DNA of 60,518 bases, the filler included. It is 4 parts of 4 records of this genome, joined end to end, with 100 filler letters (N's around TTAATTAATTAA, not from the genome) between each part and the next. Parts side by side here need not be neighbours in the genome. Positions count along the whole stretch, not along the records: positions 51,073 to 60,518 come from SRR31156797_12565; 3 more parts are not named here. The stretch is one strand, 5' to 3'. Of the stretch, positions 51,365 to 58,398 are shown one piece after another. The notes under the pieces are model-generated. The model was not told where the DNA came from and did no database searches. It saw only the letters and a list, made by a program, of their open reading frames with translations. The stretch's first letter is position 1; every line of letters begins with the position of its first letter. The translations under genes were made by a program, and so were the position numbers.

Positions 51365-52858
51365 TTAGGGGGATGCTTCCACCACCGGAGGCATTATGTC
51401 CTGGCCGGAGCCATACCCGAAGACCCGGGAGAACAACTCAAGGTCTGCCTGGTCTATGACACCGTCTCCATTGAAATCCGCACTGTCCTTGTACGCCGGG
51501 TTTCCGGCCGATGTCCCCAATGAAGATACCAGCAGGGCAAGGTCCTGACCGTCAATGGTCTGGTCGCCGTTAATATCTCCGTACCCGGGCAGATGGGAAG
51601 GCCTGCTCATGCGGTCCATGGGATCCGCACCTGCATGGAATTCCTCTCCGTCCCGGTAACCGTCACGATCGCTGTCACAGTCAAAGGGATCGGCGCCCAG
51701 GGAGATCTCATTCTCGTTGGACAATTGATCATTATCTTCATCCCCGTCGGACGCAAAGGTTGTAAATCGCCATTGGGGCCCTGGGGTTTCCCGTCCTTCA
51801 CTGTCCCTGGCTGTTACCTGCCAGAAGTAAGTCGTGCCGAATTCGAGCATGTCCGGATGGCAAACGGTCGCGGCGATGCCTTCACAGGCCGGAATGAATT
51901 CGGTCATTTTATCGGTCCTGTAGTAGACGTCATAGGTCACTGTATCGCCGTCATCCGGGTCACCCCCCTGCCAGGCAAGGGCGGTTTGAACGGATATGTT
52001 GGCGGCGTCCATACCGGGATCGGGTACGGACGGCTCAAAGGGCGGCGTGTTGGTGTCGAGGAGGTCATCAATATTGATGTCATGGGTCACCAGGTCCGAC
52101 ACATTAAAGTCTCCTGAAAACGGAATGGACAGGGACTGTTGCACTGGGGCGACTCCGGGAATCCTGAGGGTCAGGTCAATGACCTCCGGCCCGGAAAGGA
52201 GCCGGTTGTTGCCATCCATATCAAAGAAATTGTTCAGATTCAGGCAGGCCTGGTTCTTTCCGGCCCCGTCGCCCACAATCCCCGACACCTGTGACAGCAT
52301 CCCGGGGGGGCCGGCGGAGATGATCCATCCCCCGGCCTCGAGGTTTCTTGCATCGTTGGAAAGGCTGACCAGCAGCTGTTTGCCGTCAAGGATAAATGCA
52401 TTCTCAGCGGCCGTAACGACTTTGACGGGATTTGATTCGGGCCAGGTCGTCATACCGGAGCCGGAACCGGCGCGGACTTTTACGTAATAGGCCGTATCCG
52501 GCGCGCACCCGTAAACCGACATTTTAACCATGCCGAGGCTGATTGCCTGATCCCGGATGCTGTCCTTTGACAGGCCTGACTGGTATTCACCGGCAATGGC
52601 GGGGTCGCCGCTGTGAAGCGGAAATGCAACGGTCTCCAGATTTCCGGTAATCTCCATGGTGCCGGCGGCATCGGAATATACGGATATCTCCGGTGTTGCG
52701 GGTGCCGTGGTCTGCCATATGACGGAAAAGCCCGAAGGTGTCACATCAACGATGTTCACATATTCAATGGCCGGGGCAGAGAAACCGGCATTTGCCATGA
52801 ACAATAGAAATATTGCGCATGGAATAACAGTGGTGAAAAATCCGTGCATTCGTTTCAT
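51365..52858 (-). CDS. Secreted protein with FN3-like, Ca-binding (TSP3-like) and dockerin-like domains
   Basis: Signal peptide; WQGGDPD..TYDVY..YFWQV; DSDRDGYRDGEE; GDINGDQTIDGQD and DFNGDGVIDQAD; start 52858 or 52888. Confidence 0.82.
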   Translation of the reverse strand: MKRMHGFFTTVIPCAIFLLFMANAGFSAPAIEYVNIVDVTPSGFSVIWQTTAPATPEISVYSDAAGTMEITGNLETVAFPLHSGDPAIAGEYQSGLSKDSIRDQAISLGMVKMSVYGCAPDTAYYVKVRAGSGSGMTTWPESNPVKVVTAAENAFILDGKQLLVSLSNDARNLEAGGWIISAGPPGMLSQVSGIVGDGAGKNQACLNLNNFFDMDGNNRLLSGPEVIDLTLRIPGVAPVQQSLSIPFSGDFNVSDLVTHDINIDDLLDTNTPPFEPSVPDPGMDAANISVQTALAWQGGDPDDGDTVTYDVYYRTDKMTEFIPACEGIAATVCHPDMLEFGTTYFWQVTARDSEGRETPGPQWRFTTFASDGDEDNDQLSNENEISLGADPFDCDSDRDGYRDGEEFHAGADPMDRMSRPSHLPGYGDINGDQTIDGQDLALLVSSLGTSAGNPAYKDSADFNGDGVIDQADLELFSRVFGYGSGQDIMPPVVEASP

Positions 52859-52911
52859 TTCTTTTTCTCTTCCTGGTTGAGCGTCCATATCATCTTCACC
52901 TCAGGCTTTTC

Positions 52912-53622
52912 TTAATTTGACGGTATGGAACCGTTATTCCGCCGGGATTCCGGCTCCCATACTGCCAGCAGGTAATCTTCAGACTTCGTTTTTCCCTTGA
53001 ACCAGTCAAGAACCCGTTTGAGATGGCGGGGATAGACCTTTCCATGTTTGGGGCGGCTGGTCATGATGCTTGTGGGATCAATGATCTTTGTCTCCGGATC
53101 CAGCGCCCCTTCCCCATATTCGTCGTAGAGCCCCAGCATATGGCCGAATTCATGGGCAATGGTTACCGGGGTATCCAGAATATGCCAGTTGAGTTCATCG
53201 CTGCAGCATCCGCCGCCGGGCCGGACCACGACATCATGGTGGAACAAGGGCCCTCTGAAACTCACATCCACCACAACAGGGTATGTTTCTCCGGTGGGGG
53301 ACTGGATAGCGTATTTCTTACTCCAGGTCTGCTCGATCCCTTGTTCCCATTCCTTTTTTACCCGGTCCAGCTCGATTTTTCTGACGCCCTTTCCCGGAAC
53401 CAGATTCACCACGGACCGGACAATGACCTGTTTGTTCCTGAATTCGATCTCGTACCCGTAATGCCAGTTGAATCCTTTCTTCAAGGATATATGACCGGCA
53501 ACGGTTTCCCTGCCCATGTGAGGAATATCGCCCGGGAAACCGGCCCGGACAAAAAGGACCGACACTAAAATCGCTGTTCCGAGTAATCCCATCCCGGATT
53601 TAAAGGTCTGTTTATCCATCAT
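52912..53622 (-). CDS. Secreted zinc metalloprotease (metzincin-like)
   Basis: N-terminal hydrophobic leader; HEFGHMLGLYDEY; SIM Met-turn. Confidence 0.82.
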   Translation of the reverse strand: MMDKQTFKSGMGLLGTAILVSVLFVRAGFPGDIPHMGRETVAGHISLKKGFNWHYGYEIEFRNKQVIVRSVVNLVPGKGVRKIELDRVKKEWEQGIEQTWSKKYAIQSPTGETYPVVVDVSFRGPLFHHDVVVRPGGGCCSDELNWHILDTPVTIAHEFGHMLGLYDEYGEGALDPETKIIDPTSIMTSRPKHGKVYPRHLKRVLDWFKGKTKSEDYLLAVWEPESRRNNGSIPSN

Positions 53623-54415
53623 GGTCCTGTTTATTTTCTTTCACCGTTGCTTTGGTTTCCTTTACCATCCGGCCGGGAAGTCCTTTCCGCTTTAAACTCA
53701 ACTCCCCGCCGGTCAATATTGCCACGCGTCCCTTGCCGGACGCCATGAGGCGCCTGGCGGCTTTTTCACTTTCCCCGTTTCCGTCGTCAACAAGGATATA
53801 GAGGGGGGCAGGGGCCGTATCCGGTTGGTTATTCTTTACGGACATGGAAGCGGCCCTGTTGCCGGCCGTGGTCCGGGCTGATGCCTTTTCTTTCAACCGG
53901 ATTGCGTCAAGACCCGGAAAAGGGGCGGACAGGTCTGTCCGGGATTTGGATTGGGAACGCAGGTCCAGAAGGACAATATCGGCATCCTCCGCGGCCATTT
54001 CCTTCAATTCCCGGTATGTCACCGTGGGAACAGGGCGCTTGGCAATCCCTTTTTTACGGGTGGTGGTCAGATTCAGGGATTCCCATGCGGCATATCCGCC
54101 CTGGAGGGGTTCCGCCCGGATGCCTTCCCGGCTGTCGAGCATGGCTGCGGCCCGGGCGGTGAGACCGGTGCGGATACCGTCTCCGTATACAATGACGGAT
54201 CCGATGCCGGGAAGGCGTTTCATGGCGAGCACGGACGCGGGAATGTTGATGGCCCCCTGGATATGGCCGTCCCTGTACACGGGCTTGCTCCTGATATCAA
54301 TCAGGGTAATGTCCTTGTTTTGATCCAGCATCCCTTTCAACTCAAGGGGCGTCATGGCCCAGACGGTTTCCGCCAGGAGACAGATGCCGGTGATAACAAT
54401 TAAAATATATTTCAT
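53612..54415 (-). CDS. Secreted tandem rhodanese-like protein lacking catalytic Cys
   Basis: IDIR, GHIQGAINIP, LQGGYAAW; second domain LLDLR, LTGG; TAATG overlap with the upstream gene. Confidence 0.82.
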   Translation of the reverse strand: MKYILIVITGICLLAETVWAMTPLELKGMLDQNKDITLIDIRSKPVYRDGHIQGAINIPASVLAMKRLPGIGSVIVYGDGIRTGLTARAAAMLDSREGIRAEPLQGGYAAWESLNLTTTRKKGIAKRPVPTVTYRELKEMAAEDADIVLLDLRSQSKSRTDLSAPFPGLDAIRLKEKASARTTAGNRAASMSVKNNQPDTAPAPLYILVDDGNGESEKAARRLMASGKGRVAILTGGELSLKRKGLPGRMVKETKATVKENKQDHDG

Positions 54416-57400
54416 TATAAAACCTCCCCCGGCCGCCACGGCCCGGTCGAACTGTTAAGATCCAGCATCAGCACCGAAACCCTGGGAATGAAAAAATCCT
54501 CTCCCCTGATGTCGCCCTGGTGAACCGATGCCGCCTGCCATCGGCCGGTACCGGAATCAAGCATGCGGACCGCCTTGACCTTGGCCGGACCCAGTTCCCG
54601 GATCAATTGATATGCGGAATAACGGTCGGGAAAACAGGGGTAACTGAAGACGGATTTTCCCGGGGCCAGGGCAAGGGCTTCGCAGGAACTGCTGCCAAGG
54701 TCCAGGATACGGGAACTGCTGAACTTCACCCAAAGGAAATCCCCCGCCTCAAGTGAAAAATTGACCCCTTCCGGTGCATTGGCCGACCATGTTACGGTTT
54801 GTTCCACCGGTTGGGGCAGTAAAGCGGTATACCGTGTGATCCGGGTAACCCCGGCCTCTTTGTTCCAGAGCGCCAGAAGGGAGAAGGCGTCCCCGGCATT
54901 CTCCACCATGCCGCCGGTCACGGCAATGACGTTCCGGTTATTGAAAACAGGCTGGATATCCGGGACCGGGCCGGCCATTACTTTTTCCCTGCCGCTCCGG
55001 TGATCGACCCAGACCAGCACGTTGGATGCCATGCAGGGGTTCTCTTTTACCGATGCTTCGTTTGTCAGCTGAACACTGGCCAGGTTGGACAGATTGAGAA
55101 GCCGCAGGTTGATGTTTTGTTCTCCTGCCGCATCCTCCCGGTATACCACCCACCGGCCGTTGATATGGGGCCGGGTTTCGTCTTCGGGGCCGCTTGTCAG
55201 CCGGATTTCCCGTTGCCGGTTCAGGTTGTAGCCGTAAAGGTCGAAGCTGGCGTTTCGGTTGTCCGCCCAGACGATCCATTGATCAAAGACCACCGGGTAA
55301 TACTGTCCTCCGGAATTATCGGTGATACGGGAAACCTTGCCGGTTTTCAGGTTTTTCATGTAAATCTCGCCGTACCCCGGGTCCCGGAAATCCTGCCAGA
55401 CAAGGCGTTGTTTGTGCAGGGCGGGATCCAGCTGATCCTGGGAGGTTACATCCACGGCTTCCGTGACGCCGGAAATGAGGTTCCGGCTCATCAGCTGCCA
55501 GGGATCGCCCGGGGCGGCACTGGACCTGGACTGATAGACCACCCAGGGCCAGTAAACCACGGGGTTTTTTTCATCCGTTCCCGGGGTGGCGGTCACGTCA
55601 AATGCAGGCTCCCCGGTTTCCAGGTCCTTGCACCGGATATCCCATGTGCCGTCCGCCCGGCGGTCTTCCCAGACCACATACCGTCCGTCCGTATGGGGGT
55701 GTTCCTGGTTGTATTGATTGGTTGTCACGGGAACCGCCGTCCCGGCGCCGTTCCCAAGGTTACGGGTGAAAATGTCCCAGTTTCCGTTTCGCTGATCCTG
55801 CCAGACCACCCTGTTTCCACGGGCATGGACCGCTTTCTGTCCGGCGTTTCCATTGTCGGACAGCTCGGCGCCGCCGGCGATCATGTCACCGACATACACG
55901 AGTTTGACCGCGCCGGCGGACCGCCCCAGGCCGTCCCGGACCGTAATTCTGACCGAATACCAGCCCGGCGGCGCCACGGCCCCGCCGTCGGTCCTGCCGT
56001 CCCAGACAAATTCCGCATCCTGGTCGTCCACCTGTCCCAGATCCTGATACCGCACACGGGTTTCCATGGGAAAGGTCAATCCGTACAGGCGGTCGACGGT
56101 CCACCTTAAACTGGTGCCGGGGCCCTCATCTGGACAGGGTTGGGCTTGATCGTCCCGGGCCAGGACTTCAACCATATGGTCTCCGTCTTCAAGCCGTTCG
56201 AGCACCATGGAATCACCGGCAGCCGTTTCGGGACGGTAAAAGGAACCGTCCGTACGGTAACAATAATTTGCACTGCCCATAACGGAAAGGGTCACCCCGG
56301 GGGAGCGGGTGGGTGTTTCCGGAAGGCCCGTGACGGCCAGGGCAGGGGCGTCATGGGCCACGGTCCATGTCCCTGTGACGGCCTGGCTGTCCGGGTGATA
56401 GTCCCCGTACCGGCTCCGGCCGGATACGGAAAGGATCACTTCGCCGTCCAGCCCGGACAATGGGATGGGCTGGGCAACCGGAATCTCCTGGCTCCATGGA
56501 TCGTCTCCCAGGCGGTAACGGTAAAAGTCCACGTTCTCTCCGCCCACGGTGATGGCGGCGGTATCATGGGCGGTTGGAGACGACGGGACACCGCTGAGGG
56601 TCGGAAAGGCAAACACACCGCGAAATACCTCTGCCACGGCATCCAGCCCGGCACCGGTCATCACCCCCTTGAACCCCACGGTCAACCGGGTGGGCCGGAC
56701 GGATATGGAATCTCCGGCAATGAACAGTTCTTCCGTGTCGCCGGTCAGGTTGACCACGGCCGGTTCCGCCACGCTGACCCTGACCACGGCCGTCCGGTGA
56801 ATCTCTTCATTTTCCTGGGCATCCACGGAATAGAACTCCAGGGTGTGTTCCCCAGCCTCGTCAATGGTAAAGGGGTATGCCGGCAGAAATTCCCCCTCCC
56901 CATCCAGCCGGTACCAGGTCCCCACGGGACTGTCATCTTCCGCAATGAAAAAGATCTGTGTCTTTGGAAGGATATGGTATGTCCCGTCTTTTTCCCGTGA
57001 CGGACCGGTAAACGACAGGGTGGTAACCGGCGGATCTTCGTCAAGGCCCTGGGATTCATAGGTCACGGTATATTGGTACTCACCCAGGGCGACAAAATCA
57101 AAGATGTTCAAATAGCTGAGCCTGGCATTGTCCGTTTTCCCGTACCGGACATGGGTCCAGTAATTGTTGGGATTGAGCACCTTGCCGTCCGACCGCACCA
57201 CTTCGGCAATGGGGTATTTGGCCTGTCCCGGATCATCCAGGCGTATGAACACCCAGTTTTCAATATCGGCATTGGCCTTTACGGTGGCGGTCAGTCCGGT
57301 AAAATCCAGAATCTCCGCCTGGTCCAGCCGGTTCACCGGGAGGGTCGTGCCGTCACTTTCATACAGGGTGTCCGGAATCAGCTGTTCCCCTTCCTGGGTT

Positions 57401-58398
57401 TCAGCCAGGAAATCCAGCAGGCTGTCCCTGCCGGGCTGGTCGTTCATGACTTCATGGACCATGAAATAGGCATCGATGGACCGGATCAGGGAGGTTTCCT
57501 CCCCCCCGAGCTCGGGGGCATGGGTATAGGAGGCCTTGAATTCCGTAAATTCCCCGGAAAGGGTCGTGATCATATCCCAGGCCCCTTTCCGGCAGCCGCC
57601 GGGGGGGATGTCCCCGAGATCCACGGTCAGTGTGGTGCTGTCCGTGGGTTCATCGTTCACCCGGGCGCCGATGAGCTGGGGAACCACCAGCAGGCCCTGC
57701 TGATTTTCCACAATCCTGGGCTGTTCGGACACAATCTTCACCTTTCTGGCCATGCCGTGTCCCACGTTTTTGACCAGAACCCCCAAGGTAAACGGAATGG
57801 GTGTTTCAACAATATCCAGGGTAAAGGGGTTGTCTCCGTCCACATCCCTGGGCTGGAAATAGGTGATTTCAAGTTCCGGGTCCGGCTTGACCCGGATGGT
57901 GTCCGGCAGTACCCGGAATACCTCCGGGGAAATCTCCTGGCCATAGATGGAGCCGGCCAGGAGGGCGCCGATTTCATAGGGCAGGCCTTCCGGTGTGGTG
58001 CCACCGGCCGACAGCTTGGGAATGATGAACCACTCCACCACCGCCGTTTCCCCGGGGGAAATGATGCCGGTGCCGTCAATGGACGTCACCCCCTTTATCT
58101 TGGGGGGCTGGACAAAGAACAGGCTGGAGGCATCCTCCATTTCACCTCCCTGGCCTTCTTTCTCAAAGGTCAGGCCGGCTGAAAAATCGGTGATGCTTGC
58201 GTCCCCCTCATTGTTGGTAACCGTAAGGGTTGCAAGGAATCCGACGCGTTCCAATGTCAGTTCCTGGAGGATCTCGATCTTGACATAGGAGCACAGCCCG
58301 TCATACTGCTGGGCCCCGTGGGCGGCGGTCACCGCCATCACCCAGATCATAAGGGGGAGTATGGTGAGTAGTCGTTTCCCTGATCGTGTCCGCATCAT
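54415..58398 (-). CDS. Large secreted protein with Ig-like, FlgD-Ig-like and beta-propeller repeats
   Basis: Signal peptide ending AHG-A; DPPVTTL..EFYSVD; WDGRTDGG..PPGWY; repeated VVW(Q/E)DxR units; ATGA overlap. Confidence 0.85.
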   Translation of the reverse strand: MMRTRSGKRLLTILPLMIWVMAVTAAHGAQQYDGLCSYVKIEILQELTLERVGFLATLTVTNNEGDASITDFSAGLTFEKEGQGGEMEDASSLFFVQPPKIKGVTSIDGTGIISPGETAVVEWFIIPKLSAGGTTPEGLPYEIGALLAGSIYGQEISPEVFRVLPDTIRVKPDPELEITYFQPRDVDGDNPFTLDIVETPIPFTLGVLVKNVGHGMARKVKIVSEQPRIVENQQGLLVVPQLIGARVNDEPTDSTTLTVDLGDIPPGGCRKGAWDMITTLSGEFTEFKASYTHAPELGGEETSLIRSIDAYFMVHEVMNDQPGRDSLLDFLAETQEGEQLIPDTLYESDGTTLPVNRLDQAEILDFTGLTATVKANADIENWVFIRLDDPGQAKYPIAEVVRSDGKVLNPNNYWTHVRYGKTDNARLSYLNIFDFVALGEYQYTVTYESQGLDEDPPVTTLSFTGPSREKDGTYHILPKTQIFFIAEDDSPVGTWYRLDGEGEFLPAYPFTIDEAGEHTLEFYSVDAQENEEIHRTAVVRVSVAEPAVVNLTGDTEELFIAGDSISVRPTRLTVGFKGVMTGAGLDAVAEVFRGVFAFPTLSGVPSSPTAHDTAAITVGGENVDFYRYRLGDDPWSQEIPVAQPIPLSGLDGEVILSVSGRSRYGDYHPDSQAVTGTWTVAHDAPALAVTGLPETPTRSPGVTLSVMGSANYCYRTDGSFYRPETAAGDSMVLERLEDGDHMVEVLARDDQAQPCPDEGPGTSLRWTVDRLYGLTFPMETRVRYQDLGQVDDQDAEFVWDGRTDGGAVAPPGWYSVRITVRDGLGRSAGAVKLVYVGDMIAGGAELSDNGNAGQKAVHARGNRVVWQDQRNGNWDIFTRNLGNGAGTAVPVTTNQYNQEHPHTDGRYVVWEDRRADGTWDIRCKDLETGEPAFDVTATPGTDEKNPVVYWPWVVYQSRSSAAPGDPWQLMSRNLISGVTEAVDVTSQDQLDPALHKQRLVWQDFRDPGYGEIYMKNLKTGKVSRITDNSGGQYYPVVFDQWIVWADNRNASFDLYGYNLNRQREIRLTSGPEDETRPHINGRWVVYREDAAGEQNINLRLLNLSNLASVQLTNEASVKENPCMASNVLVWVDHRSGREKVMAGPVPDIQPVFNNRNVIAVTGGMVENAGDAFSLLALWNKEAGVTRITRYTALLPQPVEQTVTWSANAPEGVNFSLEAGDFLWVKFSSSRILDLGSSSCEALALAPGKSVFSYPCFPDRYSAYQLIRELGPAKVKAVRMLDSGTGRWQAASVHQGDIRGEDFFIPRVSVLMLDLNSSTGPWRPGEVL

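Noticed and set aside
53612-54415. Rhodanese as sulfur donor making a thiocarboxylate on the Hint-released C-terminal Gly
   Set aside because: Neither rhodanese domain has a catalytic Cys
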